64,000 bases of DNA from a virus (Duplodnaviria; Heunggongvirae; Uroviricota; Caudoviricetes; Demerecviridae). Positions within the stretch are counted from its first letter, which is position 1. Each line of letters starts with the position of its first letter. The stretch covers positions 1-64,000 of the IMG/VR virus record IMGVR_UViG_2974579171_000001; one strand, 5' to 3'. The notes below the pieces were generated by a model. That model had not been told where the DNA came from and ran no database searches. It saw only the letters and a list, made by a program, of their open reading frames with translations. Position numbers and translations under genes: made by a program. Below are positions 51,010-60,302 of the stretch, piece by piece.

Positions 51010-51873
51010 ATGAAAAAAGAATTCAATGTACATAAAACTCTAGTAGTGCCGGATGACGCCAACTTGTTTTTCGTCGGTGATATTCATGGATGCAATGATT
51101 TGCTAGAAGATGCGTTGAAATTGGCTGGGTATAATAGCAAAAAAGATTGCGTAGTATGTGTTGGTGACTTAATTGATCGAGGCACGCAAAATCTACAAGT
51201 TTTAGCCAAATTCCTGTATAATCCACGTTTTATCAGTGTCCGTGGTAATCATGACCAATTTATGATTGCAGGAGATTGGGCTAATTGGATGTATAATGGT
51301 GGTATGTGGGCCATGAATGAATTGGATGCAGACACCATTAAAAGTATTGCCGAAGATATGGCTGAAAAAATGCCAGTATTCCTAACTGTTAGACATCGTG
51401 GTAAGAAATTTGGTGTTGTTCATGGTGGTGTACCTTTTACGTACAAAGAATGTGGTAATGAAGTAGAAACCCCAGTATGGGATAATCTTATTGCGCAAGT
51501 AGAAGCAGCTAAGGAAGACCCACATGACCATCCGGGATACCATATTGAACCATATTTATGGGATCGAGATGTAATCCAAGAAATAGGCTTCTACTTGTCC
51601 AAAAATGGTGAGGAACACCCATATTTCCAGCGTTATGCAGGATTTAAAGAAAAATACATGGTAGAAGTGCCAGAAGTTAAAGGTGTAGATTTCGTGTTTC
51701 ACGGACATACTGGAGTTCCTTACCCACTTCTTTATAAGAACCGTGTTTATCTTGATACTGGCGGTGTTTTCAACGGGCAGTTGACGGTTGCGCAAGTTAA
51801 CGATGAAACTGGCAAAATCACCACATTTACCACTGATAAAAATAATAGCTGCGGTGTACAGAGGATTCTTTAA
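51010..51873 (+). CDS. Ser/Thr protein phosphatase (PPP-family metallophosphatase)
   Basis: GDIHGC, GDLIDRG and GNHD motifs. Confidence 0.8.
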   Translation: MKKEFNVHKTLVVPDDANLFFVGDIHGCNDLLEDALKLAGYNSKKDCVVCVGDLIDRGTQNLQVLAKFLYNPRFISVRGNHDQFMIAGDWANWMYNGGMWAMNELDADTIKSIAEDMAEKMPVFLTVRHRGKKFGVVHGGVPFTYKECGNEVETPVWDNLIAQVEAAKEDPHDHPGYHIEPYLWDRDVIQEIGFYLSKNGEEHPYFQRYAGFKEKYMVEVPEVKGVDFVFHGHTGVPYPLLYKNRVYLDTGGVFNGQLTVAQVNDETGKITTFTTDKNNSCGVQRIL

Positions 51874-52394
51874 TGAAAGTTAGCTTTTGGAGTGATCTCC
51901 ACTTGGGACATGCAAATATTACTAAATTCAGACCAATCTTCTCTACTATGGAAGAGCATGACGAATTTATTATGGATACTATTACATCCGTGAAGGATAA
52001 GCGTACATTATTCTATATTTTAGGAGACGCATTTGTATCTAGAAATGGTTTGGAGAAGTTCGAAAAACTCTTTGGCAATGTTAGAACTACGTTAGTTTTG
52101 GGAAACCACGACTTAGAACGAGAAGGATTATCTTTCAAAGACTTAATAGGGGTTGTAGATAACGTACAATCACTAGTTAAGTATAAAAACTTCTGGCTTT
52201 CCCATGCCCCAATACACCATGGGGAGCTGAGAGGTAAGAAGAACTTACATGGGCATACTCACTTTGAGCTAATGGGAGATCCTCGTTATATTAACGTTTG
52301 TGTCGAGTATGCAAAATCACCAGTACGCCTGGAAGACATCATGAGTGGTAAGTACACTTCGCATGATAAAACTAGCTGGATGTTAAATGTCTAA
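51873..52394 (+). CDS. calcineurin-like metallophosphoesterase
   Basis: 173 aa. GDAFVSRNG, GNHD and HGHTH motifs. Confidence 0.65.
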   Translation: MKVSFWSDLHLGHANITKFRPIFSTMEEHDEFIMDTITSVKDKRTLFYILGDAFVSRNGLEKFEKLFGNVRTTLVLGNHDLEREGLSFKDLIGVVDNVQSLVKYKNFWLSHAPIHHGELRGKKNLHGHTHFELMGDPRYINVCVEYAKSPVRLEDIMSGKYTSHDKTSWMLNV

Positions 52395-52509
52395 GTATAT
52401 AGCTGAGGCTATTATTAAACGAATCATACAAGCGATAGCAATACTTATACTCATTTGTATTGCTATTGGCACGGGATTAGGCATTTTAATTAAAAGTTTT
52501 ATTTGCTAA
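52387..52509 (+). CDS. small hydrophobic peptide (40 aa)
   Basis: MSKYIAEAIIKRIIQAIAILILICIAIGTGLGILIKSFIC. Below the ORF-track cutoff. Overlaps the promoter region. Confidence 0.25.
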   Translation: MSKYIAEAIIKRIIQAIAILILICIAIGTGLGILIKSFIC

Positions 52510-52531
52510 AATGCTTAAGTTTCTGTATAAT
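52503..52531 (+). promoter_or_regulatory. T5-type early promoter
   Basis: TTGCTA, 17 bp, TATAAT, then tactttataaattgatga. Confidence 0.55.
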
Positions 52532-52561
52532 TACTTTATAAATTGATGAGAAGGAATCAAA

Positions 52562-52990
52562 ATGAACAAAGTTGACAAAGCTCTAGTTTTCGCAGCAGCA
52601 GATAAGTTTGAACAAGTTAAGGCAACTTTCCGAACCTTGTTCCAGTCTTACGTTCAAGATAAGTCTAATCCTATCTCTGAACGTTTGATGGTTTGGGAAT
52701 GTTACGCAACTGATGCCCTATTAATGGCATATTACAGGGGTGAGGCAGACGAAGAGATCGAAGAACTCTTTACTGAAGAGGCTCCACGTTATCAGGCAGT
52801 TTATTTCCAAGACCTAGCTGAACGCATCATTCCTAATGATCTTTGGAATAAATACTACGGTGATCCTGAAGATGAAGGAATGACTCCAGAAGCCTGTATT
52901 GAGCTGATCTGCAAAGATCATCCTGAAATTGCAGAGAAATTTGAAAAAGTTTTTGCTTCTGAGTTCTCCGGCGTTGTTAACGATTGGTAA
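52562..52990 (+). CDS. acidic hypothetical protein
   Basis: 142-aa ORF. Confidence 0.5.
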   Translation: MNKVDKALVFAAADKFEQVKATFRTLFQSYVQDKSNPISERLMVWECYATDALLMAYYRGEADEEIEELFTEEAPRYQAVYFQDLAERIIPNDLWNKYYGDPEDEGMTPEACIELICKDHPEIAEKFEKVFASEFSGVVNDW

Positions 52991-53007
52991 GTAATTAAAA
53001 AATTCAG

Positions 53008-53036
53008 TTGCTTTAAGCCTTAAAATTCTGTATAAT
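53008..53036 (+). promoter_or_regulatory. T5-type early promoter
   Basis: TTGCTT, 17 bp, TATAAT, then aagttcataaattaatga. Confidence 0.55.
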
Positions 53037-53068
53037 AAGTTCATAAATTAATGAGAGAGGAAATTCTA

Positions 53069-53347
53069 ATGAAAAACATGACTAAAGACTTCGACGCCTC
53101 TAACCTTACCAAGACTGAAATGGCCAATGTATTAGCAATTCTCCTCGACATGCAGGGTTTTGAGGGTCAGCTCATGAAGATGTCTATTCCGGCGATGAAG
53201 AAGATGTATGATTCTCTTAACAAGAACGCTATGGCCTTTAACTTAGCAAAACAAGAGGCACGCTTTGCTAAGGAGCATCAAGCAGTGGCAGAACGCCGAG
53301 CAGCTAGCTTTGAGCGTGAAGTTAAGCAACTGAAAGGTAAGAAATAA
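53069..53347 (+). CDS. hypothetical protein
   Basis: ATG 53069 follows GAGAGG. The upstream in-frame ATG lies in the conserved promoter +1 region. Confidence 0.45.
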   Translation: MKNMTKDFDASNLTKTEMANVLAILLDMQGFEGQLMKMSIPAMKKMYDSLNKNAMAFNLAKQEARFAKEHQAVAERRAASFEREVKQLKGKK

Positions 53348-53369
53348 GGACTAAGGGAGTATATAATTA

Positions 53370-53651
53370 ATGTTAACTGAAATTCTCATTGGATTGCTAG
53401 TGCTTATGACACTAGTAGCTATAGGTGGGATTATTGGTATTGTAAGCATGCGAAAAAATATAGAGAGTATGCTTACTACTAATAGCGGACTTCACTGCCG
53501 CCTAATAGAACAAGAACAAGATATTGAACTAGCACAGAGACGCTCGGATATTCTAAAAGAAAAACTAAACAATATTGAAGCAATAGCTGGGAATACAAAA
53601 TTACCTAATAAAGTAATGCGTGCACAGATAATTACGGAGATTAAAAAATGA
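53370..53651 (+). CDS. hypothetical membrane-anchored coiled-coil protein
   Basis: 93 aa. Transmembrane segment ILIGLLVLMTLVAIGGIIGIV. Confidence 0.45.
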   Translation: MLTEILIGLLVLMTLVAIGGIIGIVSMRKNIESMLTTNSGLHCRLIEQEQDIELAQRRSDILKEKLNNIEAIAGNTKLPNKVMRAQIITEIKK

Positions 53652-53893
53652 TGATGTTTATTCTAGCGTTTTATCTAATTGTGGTTGGTGTACTGGTTAC
53701 TAAGTACCACACATGGACGCCAAAGAATGTAGCTAAGGTAGCATTGTTTATTATTCCAGTTCCACTTATTATCATTTCTATGTTACTGGTAATGTTAGTT
53801 GGTAAAGTAACAAAAACCGATATTAAACGTATTGCTGATGAATTGCAACAGTCTTGTGATATGGTAGAGGATATTCTTAAAGATGAAGCTTAA
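53648..53893 (+). CDS. hypothetical membrane protein
   Basis: 81 aa with two transmembrane segments. Confidence 0.45.
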   Translation: MMMFILAFYLIVVGVLVTKYHTWTPKNVAKVALFIIPVPLIIISMLLVMLVGKVTKTDIKRIADELQQSCDMVEDILKDEA

Positions 53894-54209
53894 TTTTAAT
53901 GAATTAAATACCTTACATGAGATACTACAGTTTGTGAATAATAATATTAGTATTCCAGATGATACACTAGAAGTTCTCAGGATAATTGAGAAAAAGGTAG
54001 GAATTGAAATTGAGGACTCTTGGAAACCACTTTCTGTATTAACACCACTTAATATGAAAGTGATAGTTAAAAATATTGATACTGGTGAAGAGTGTGAAAT
54101 GATTCGTAAAGAACTAGCTGATAGCTATTCACCAAAGTCTGTAGTAATGTACCATGATGATACTGCTAAAACTCTACAGACAGCTAATTACGTATGGCGT
54201 CTCCCATGA
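53883..54209 (+). CDS. hypothetical protein
   Basis: 108-aa ORF. Confidence 0.45.
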   Translation: MKLNFNELNTLHEILQFVNNNISIPDDTLEVLRIIEKKVGIEIEDSWKPLSVLTPLNMKVIVKNIDTGEECEMIRKELADSYSPKSVVMYHDDTAKTLQTANYVWRLP

Positions 54210-54308
54210 TTGATTTAGTACCAATTACTGCTGGGCTAATAGCACTATTAGTGCTTGCAGTTTTTATTATTGTGGAGCAGGCCAAAGTAATAAGGAGACT
54301 TAAAAACA

Positions 54309-54509
54309 ATGATAAAACGTCTTGTTTATCAGGCACCAAAGATTGTAACTGAGTATTTTGTATTACTGCCTCAGATTGTACTTCTAACAGCATTATTTAA
54401 TATACTTTTTCGACATCTAGGAATAACGGAAAATATCTTCTATACTTCTGAACTACTTCCTTTTATGTACGAAGGCATCATCGTGGCAATTAACGGAGTT
54501 CGTAAATGA
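54309..54509 (+). CDS. small membrane protein
   Basis: 66-aa ORF. A competing 48-aa hydrophobic ORF at 54206-54352 overlaps in another frame. Confidence 0.35.
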   Translation: MIKRLVYQAPKIVTEYFVLLPQIVLLTALFNILFRHLGITENIFYTSELLPFMYEGIIVAINGVRK

Positions 54510-54967
54510 CAGCACTACAACAACTACAGAATTACTGGTTTGATAACCAATTTAACGATCTCTTTATCCAGTTATTTGTCGAAACGAACGGACGCTTCAA
54601 CTACCGATTCTTTAATAAGTTTCACGAAACAAAATTCTCACATACAGAAATTAATGCAGCGATCCAAGACCTAGCTGGTTCTAAAGTAGTCCAATATCGT
54701 GAAGTAGACTTTACACCAGATTGTTTTGGGTTTGAATTGTTTAAGAAAGCATATAAATTTGGTAAGTTTGAGGATGCTCGTCAATGGGTTCATGATTTCT
54801 GGTATAACACCGATATTGTTCCTAGTCGTATACTGATTCTTAACTGGATTGCTAAACAACATCCGCCTAAAGCTCAATCGTCCTTCTTACCAACTGACAC
54901 AGGAAACCTCTACCATGACAGAAAAGAAAAATCCATTGCTGGAGCAGATGAAGGAATGGGAGAGTAA
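54506..54967 (+). CDS. hypothetical protein
   Basis: 153-aa ORF. Confidence 0.5.
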   Translation: MTALQQLQNYWFDNQFNDLFIQLFVETNGRFNYRFFNKFHETKFSHTEINAAIQDLAGSKVVQYREVDFTPDCFGFELFKKAYKFGKFEDARQWVHDFWYNTDIVPSRILILNWIAKQHPPKAQSSFLPTDTGNLYHDRKEKSIAGADEGMGE

Positions 54968-55286
54968 TATTGAATCTGGTCTAATAGACGGTGAAGATAT
55001 TATTAACTCTATGTTAGAAGTAACAGTAGATAATATTAATCCTATTTTGGCCGGAGAAACCTCAGATCTTATAGGACTTTCTAGTACTTTCGATTCTTTG
55101 GCTAAATTAGCGTTAGATGATGAAGAGATAACCAAAGAAGATCTCGCTACAGCTATGAATATGGCTATTAATGCTTACATCGGTAAACGTACTGATGAAC
55201 TTGGTAAACAGATCAATAAGCGTGATGCTACGCTAGGTCTTATGGAAACGGCCACTATGTTAAGAAGTGGTAAACAACTTCATTAA
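54948..55286 (+). CDS. hypothetical acidic protein (start uncertain)
   Basis: ATG 54948 follows TGGAG. The frame is open from 54849. Confidence 0.4.
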   Translation: MKEWESNIESGLIDGEDIINSMLEVTVDNINPILAGETSDLIGLSSTFDSLAKLALDDEEITKEDLATAMNMAINAYIGKRTDELGKQINKRDATLGLMETATMLRSGKQLH

Positions 55287-55291
55287 TTTTA

Positions 55292-55325
55292 GGAGGCCAG
55301 GACTTAATTGTTCTGGCCTTTTTGA
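55292..55325 (+). terminator. rho-independent terminator
   Basis: GGCCAGGA...TTCTGGCC stem followed by TTTTTG. Confidence 0.6.
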
Positions 55326-55345
55326 GTATATATAAGGAGACTATA

Positions 55346-55579
55346 GTGGAAATTGTATTACTTATTCTTGCAATAGCACTAGTATTTGCAATCAGCATAT
55401 CTATTAAAAGGACTCGTGATCTTAATAGAACTATAGATGATAACAGAAGACTACGGGGTGAAAAGGCTAGGCTTAACCTACAACATGAAGCTCTGAAGTT
55501 ATTTGTAGTTCAGGGCAGTAGAAACCATACTCCTGAAGACTTTATTAAACAGCTTAAAAAGCACTTAGGGCTCAAATAA
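55346..55579 (+). CDS. hypothetical membrane protein
   Basis: GTG 55346 follows AAGGAGA. N-terminal transmembrane segment. Confidence 0.4.
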   Translation: MEIVLLILAIALVFAISISIKRTRDLNRTIDDNRRLRGEKARLNLQHEALKLFVVQGSRNHTPEDFIKQLKKHLGLK

Positions 55580-55764
55580 TGGAAACTCTTTTTCTTTTAA
55601 TGCTCGTAGGTTCTCTGTTACTAATACTAGCACTTCTACTAATCTGCAACATTCTTAATAATAAGAATTTAGAGTTAAAGTGTGAGAACCAAATCCTTAA
55701 CCGTGAACTTAAACAATATAATCTAGCAGCCCATAAACTGTTAGACAAACTGGAGAATAAATAA
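55579..55764 (+). CDS. hypothetical membrane-anchored coiled-coil protein
   Basis: 61 aa. LLMLVGSLLLILALLLI transmembrane segment. Confidence 0.45.
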   Translation: METLFLLMLVGSLLLILALLLICNILNNKNLELKCENQILNRELKQYNLAAHKLLDKLENK

Positions 55765-56384
55765 TGACTTTTAATACGCAACAATCTATTCAAGTAGTAC
55801 CAGACCATGAACTGAACACATGGGATTATAGCTTTAAAGATTTAACTGCTACTATACAATTCAAATCTATGAAGCTAACATTTGCACACACTGACCTTAG
55901 AGCCTGTAAAGATCTTGAAGGTAAGCTCGAAGATGCTCGTAAGATTTTTGGCAAGGCTCGCATCCCGGCTGATAACCTGATTAATGCACTGATCGATGCA
56001 GGGTACAAACTCGTGAAGACCGAGGTGAACCGCCCTAGTACTCCAGTAACTATTAGAGATCCGTGGCAGTCAGGGACAATTTCAATGCTGAATAACTCCG
56101 ATAAAAGATTAATGTCGGATATGCACAATGTTCCTTGTGGGGGTGTAGTAAGTAGTACGCAGTCATATAAGTTTGCGGAAGATTACGGCCCTTCTGTACA
56201 GCTGAAACATACTCAAGAAGCTTTTGAATCTGATATGCGAAGCGCAGCACCTGCAGATGCTGGAGTTTCTAGGAGTTCTGTTTGTACTATTCATTTTAAT
56301 AATCCTGGTAAACATGGAAGTTTAGAGGATGCTATTATGGAGGCGTTGGGAGCTGCTATTAATGAAGATAAAAGAGGTAGTTAA
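55764..56384 (+). CDS. hypothetical protein
   Basis: 206-aa ORF. Confidence 0.55.
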   Translation: MTFNTQQSIQVVPDHELNTWDYSFKDLTATIQFKSMKLTFAHTDLRACKDLEGKLEDARKIFGKARIPADNLINALIDAGYKLVKTEVNRPSTPVTIRDPWQSGTISMLNNSDKRLMSDMHNVPCGGVVSSTQSYKFAEDYGPSVQLKHTQEAFESDMRSAAPADAGVSRSSVCTIHFNNPGKHGSLEDAIMEALGAAINEDKRGS

Positions 56385-57109
56385 TGAGTATTAAAAAGAA
56401 TTTAGCAGAGATTATTAAATTAGCTAGAGCTTGTAATGGGAAATGTGTTTCTCAGCTTAATGAGTTAGAGGCACATGCAGTAGCATTTTGTGCAGAGTTT
56501 TATCCTGCATATATTAATGCTAGTGGGCAACCCAAATATAATAAAGATGCAGAAGAAGTTACATTAGCACCTTCTTATATTAGTTTACGTCGTCTGATTC
56601 AAACTGTTGATCCTACTATTAAAGGATTTTCAGCAGATTCATTCCACGTCTTTGCAGATAAAGAACTCCCGTATTTTAAAGAAGGAAATGCAAAGTCATG
56701 TTTAGAATGTTATCCAAATATTCTGATGATTCCTCAAAAGCAATGTAAATACGATCATCTCCCTAGACTTACAAAGAAAATAGAACCACCTTACTCTTCT
56801 CTATCTGAGTTAAAGCTAGGAATCGTATCTATACTTGCGCAGGTTCATCTAAGTATAGTTGATGACTCAACAACATCTAACCCTATTCTAGATGCTGCTC
56901 ACTTTGAAATTTTACGTGATCCTGAACAAGCTAGAAAAGTTGCAAAGTCTGTTAAGTTTGATATATCAACAATTCTTGACACTAAACAAGAAATCAGACC
57001 TAGAGGAAGTGTAGATTATTCTGCGCTAAATTCCGAGTCATCTTATTTAGCAACATTCCTTTTCATGGCGTCAAAAGGGGTTATTCTGAAGGTTAATAAA
57101 GATGGATGA
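56384..57109 (+). CDS. hypothetical protein
   Basis: 241-aa ORF. Confidence 0.55.
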   Translation: MSIKKNLAEIIKLARACNGKCVSQLNELEAHAVAFCAEFYPAYINASGQPKYNKDAEEVTLAPSYISLRRLIQTVDPTIKGFSADSFHVFADKELPYFKEGNAKSCLECYPNILMIPQKQCKYDHLPRLTKKIEPPYSSLSELKLGIVSILAQVHLSIVDDSTTSNPILDAAHFEILRDPEQARKVAKSVKFDISTILDTKQEIRPRGSVDYSALNSESSYLATFLFMASKGVILKVNKDG

Positions 57110-57830
57110 TTTACGTACTGAAATTAATAAAAAGCTACGAGAGGAAGCCCGGAGGTTTCCTCTTAAAAACTTTTTGAAGTCAAATGGCTCTACTAATATA
57201 ACGAAGATTAGGCAACTTCACCCTGACTTCCAGCAAGAGGCCTTAAACCTTATCTTTATTAGGAAAGCTTTAAAAGTCCAGAAAGAAGAATATGGGTATG
57301 AAAAAGTTAATTATAAGACAGCCAATCAGTTAGTAGAGATATGGTGCTATAAGCATAAAGGATACTTTATGCAAACTGCTAGATCCCACCTAGATGGGCA
57401 CGGCTGTTTACAGTGTGCTAGAGAAAGCAACCTTAATACACCTGTCGAGAAGCCAGAAGTAGATGAAGATGTTCAATTTCCCACATATCTCTATATCTTC
57501 TCTAATAAAGATCAGTCTAGGAAAAAATTAAAGACAAAGATTGGAGTCTCTAGAGAGCCACATCAAAGGTTTAAGAATCTAGAGTATGATAAATTGCGTG
57601 TGCCGGGTTTCGAAGATATGGAAGTATTTGGTATCTACCAATATAAGAAAGGATCGAAAGAACTCGCTTACAGAATAGAACACCAAGCACATAAATTTTT
57701 CGAAAATAAATTTGCTAACCATTATAAATTCGATGGAGCAAAAGAGATATTCAACATTAAAGCTGTAGAGGCAGAAGAGTATCTATTAAGTCAAGGTTGT
57801 ATAAAAATTTACCCAACTCCAAACTCATGA
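57102..57830 (+). CDS. T5orf172/GIY-YIG-like domain protein with N-terminal Cys/His cluster
   Basis: 242 aa. TYLYIFSNKDQSRKKLKTKIGVSREPHQRF resembles the motif in 37874-38374. CYKHKGY...HLDGHGCLQC. Confidence 0.45.
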   Translation: MDDLRTEINKKLREEARRFPLKNFLKSNGSTNITKIRQLHPDFQQEALNLIFIRKALKVQKEEYGYEKVNYKTANQLVEIWCYKHKGYFMQTARSHLDGHGCLQCARESNLNTPVEKPEVDEDVQFPTYLYIFSNKDQSRKKLKTKIGVSREPHQRFKNLEYDKLRVPGFEDMEVFGIYQYKKGSKELAYRIEHQAHKFFENKFANHYKFDGAKEIFNIKAVEAEEYLLSQGCIKIYPTPNS

Positions 57831-57857
57831 CGAAAATTTAAAAATAACGAAATCTGC

Positions 57858-57887
57858 TTGACATTCGTGAGAATAATGTGTTATAAT
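57858..57887 (+). promoter_or_regulatory. consensus sigma70 promoter (TTGACA, 17-18 bp, TATAAT) firing into the noncoding repeat block
   Basis: ctgcTTGACAttcgtgagaataatgtgtTATAATaatc. No ORF of 60 aa or more for about 1.8 kb downstream. Confidence 0.5.
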
Positions 57888-58240
57888 AATCTCATAGATT
57901 AAAAACATCAACTTGTTTTTACCTCTAGGCCGTAGATTTACATCATTCCTCGTAGGAAAACACTTGATGACGGTTCTGCTCGCAGGTTCTCGTCAATTGT
58001 TCTTCCACACCGAGACTTAGGAGGATGTATCAAATCGCACGCGCCTAGAGGGGCTAACTCTCATGAAATGGGGGTATATTTACTTTTAAATAACTAAAAA
58101 ATATTTAAAGGCAATATCTGTGTTCAAGATGATACACCGGTTGCCGCTCATCTGCTAGGATGGCACAACACTTTCCTCTAGACTCCTAAGTTTTTAGGAA
58201 TAGTTGAATACTAACTCTAGGGTTTACACTAAACTTTAAA

Positions 58241-58976
58241 TCGGATTTGCACATGTTCTAGGGCAGTTTTTCATCTACTATAAATATCCTAGGCCGGTTT
58301 CCCTATACAGGGCGGTTATGGGGAGGGCGGTTATTTCTAGGAGACATTTTTTGAAAACACATTTCCAGAAATTACTGTCGGATTTGCACATTGTGTTTCT
58401 AGAAATTTATGGTCGGATTTGCACAATTGCATAAGTTTTCATGGACATATAATCTCCTGAAAATGGCAGCATTATTTCGGGCCGAAGGCCCATGATTGCC
58501 TGAGTTTTTAGAGCCACAGAAATTTTCACTTGTCAAGCTATTTTGCCCCATTTTGCTAATAAAATTTTACTTTATCTCGCCCCAAGCCCAATTAACCCAA
58601 ATTATCTCAACTATTCCCCAAAATCCCCGCAAATCGGGTGCCCCACACCAAACATGCGCCCCTCTAGCTTCTCCCCTAATTTTCTCTCACTCTCTCAACT
58701 TCTCCCCAAACCCACACAATCACACACCCTCTCATCGAAGTCACAAAAATCTTGTCGGTTTCGCACATCTTAATCCTAGAAAAACCGTGTCGGATTTGCA
58801 CATACTCCACAGGATTCGAACGCAGTTCGAGATTGCTGGAGTTTTTGGGAAAATTCATTGTCGGATTTGCACACTATAAAAATTTTTCGGGTCGGATTTG
58901 CACACTACCAAAAATTGTCGGATTTGCACATACACGCCCGCACGTAACACCCGTGGAGCAATGTCGGATTTGCACA
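58241..58976 (+). repeat. 9 direct copies of 14-mer GTCGGATTTGCACA (one variant GTCGGTTTCGCACA), irregular spacing
   Basis: Copies at 58241, 58377, 58412, 58754 (variant), 58789, 58860, 58891, 58917 and 58963, all in the same orientation. Confidence 0.8.
58560..58760 (+). repeat. strand-asymmetric C-rich/G-poor low-complexity tract (complement has G-runs)
   Basis: ccccaagcccaattaacccaaa...ttccccaaaatccccgcaaa...ctccccaaacccacacaatcacacaccctc. Confidence 0.6.
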
Positions 58977-58979
58977 AAA

Positions 58980-59001
58980 GCGCAGGGCAATTGCCCTGCG
59001 C
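58980..59001. repeat. 22-bp perfect palindrome GCGCAGGGCAATTGCCCTGCGC
   Basis: Exact reverse-complement symmetry. Confidence 0.85.
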
Positions 59002-59009
59002 TAAATACG

Positions 59010-59230
59010 AATGATAATAAGAATCATTCTCATTTAAAAAGCAGAATGAGAATGATAATAATTCGCATTTAGAAAGTGAAACGAGAATCAATCTCATTTA
59101 GAAAGTGAAACGATTCTCATTTAAAAAGTGGAATGAAAATTATTCAGGAAGTGAAACGATTCTCATTTAGATAGTGGAATGCAAATGATAATGATTCTCA
59201 TTTAAGAATGGAAGTGAGAAACACTGTTAT
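59010..59230 (+). repeat. degenerate tandem repeats (about 5 units of GATTCTCATTTAnAAAGTGnAAyG)
   Basis: Repeated tctcatttaaaaag / tctcatttagaaagtgaaacg / tctcatttagatagtggaatg units. Confidence 0.6.
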
Positions 59231-59345
59231 TTAAGTTATCCACAGACTTATCAACAGCACGATTTGACTTGACAAAATTCTAGCCGTTTTGAAGCGTTAT
59301 CAACAGACTTATCCACAGCTTATCCTACTGGATAAATATACAGTA
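59180..59345. repeat. left arm of large imperfect inverted repeat carrying DnaA boxes
   Basis: About 80 percent identical to the reverse complement of 62325-62460 (for example tatttaagttatccaca and acagacttatccacagcttatcctactg). Confidence 0.7.
59236..59317 (+). promoter_or_regulatory. DnaA-box cluster (2 TTATCCACA plus 2 TTATCAACA)
   Basis: TTATCCACA at 59236 and 59309. TTATCAACA at 59247 and 59297. Confidence 0.6.
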
Positions 59346-59711
59346 TTCCTACGCAGTGAATAATTCTAATATACCGCTAAAACGCCCTCAAACGCATTCT
59401 AACGCGTTTAATTTTGGTGGGGATACTAAAACAAGGGCAAAATTGGAGGAGGCTTGAAAATTAGTTAGCGCGCTAACGATCACACAAGGCGACACGTAAC
59501 ACCCGAACCATTAGCAGGCTAACCATCGCGGGCGCGGTTAAATGAGAATGATTATCATTTGAGAATTGGGGGCACTTCCGGATAGTTGCGCCCCGTGATT
59601 ATTATAGTAGTGGGCAATCGTTACGCTTTGCCCACTCCCGCCACTCATCTTGATGTCTAGACTTGCGACGGCATACTAAAAACCGTTTATACCAGTGATT
59701 AAACCATCGTT

Positions 59712-60062
59712 TCATTGCGCCACCTTTCGAAACGCTGTTTCAATACTATCAGCCGTGGATTGAATATATGCGCCTTTCATTATCAGGCGCTCAGTGCATA
59801 CCTTACGGAAAATATTAATAAAATCATCCTCATTTTCTGCGATTAATGCCTCGCCCATAACCTGAACGTCGCAAGATGCAAAGGTCAAAAATTGAAACGC
59901 TAGTTCACGGGCAACGACCGCATTGATTTTATAGTGTGCCTTGCCCTCGTAAATATTAATAACGCCCTTATATGCTGGCGAAAGCTGATTTAAATAGTTT
60001 GCTAACAATGCCGGGCGGCAATTAGCAACAAAACGGTTGCCCTCATAAATTATCATTTGCAT
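59712..60062 (-). CDS. hypothetical protein (GC-richer module)
   Basis: 116-aa ORF. Local GC content is noticeably higher than the rest of the window. Confidence 0.45.
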   Translation of the reverse strand: MQMIIYEGNRFVANCRPALLANYLNQLSPAYKGVINIYEGKAHYKINAVVARELAFQFLTFASCDVQVMGEALIAENEDDFINIFRKVCTERLIMKGAYIQSTADSIETAFRKVAQ

Positions 60063-60158
60063 AGCTCCCAGATAACGCCAACGATAATCATTAGCTGACT
60101 AATGATTATCAGAATAAAACCAATTGAAGGCAGGACGCCCCAAAAACGAAAAGCCGTT

Positions 60159-60302
60159 TTAATTTGCGCTATCATTTGACAACCTCCCGATCAGGTATCC
60201 CGATAACAACATAAAGATCCCCAGCGAAACGGGGTCATTCTTAAATAAGGCGGCGATAAAACCGCCAGCCATTGCAAGGAGAATAACAATAATGCTTCTC
60301 AT
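60159..60302 (-). CDS. small hydrophobic membrane peptide (47 aa)
   Basis: MRSIIVILLAMAGGFIAALF...GIFMLLSGYLIGRL. Below the ORF-track cutoff. Confidence 0.3.
   Translation of the reverse strand: MRSIIVILLAMAGGFIAALFKNDPVSLGIFMLLSGYLIGRLSNDSAN

Noticed and set aside
58241-58976. Possible CRISPR array built from the repeated 14-mer GTCGGATTTGCACA
   Set aside because: The repeat is only 14 bp. Spacing is highly irregular (24 to about 330 bp). Copies have no flanking conserved context and there are no cas genes. This is more consistent with protein-binding-site repeats.
58496-59097. ORF-track entries 58496-58879(+), 58543-58773(+), 58676-58858(-), 58752-59072(+), 58855-59097(-)
   Set aside because: They lie in the C-rich low-complexity tract and repeat block. 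They overlap one another in multiple frames, lack an RBS, and show extreme composition (P/S/H-rich). They are artefacts of skewed DNA.
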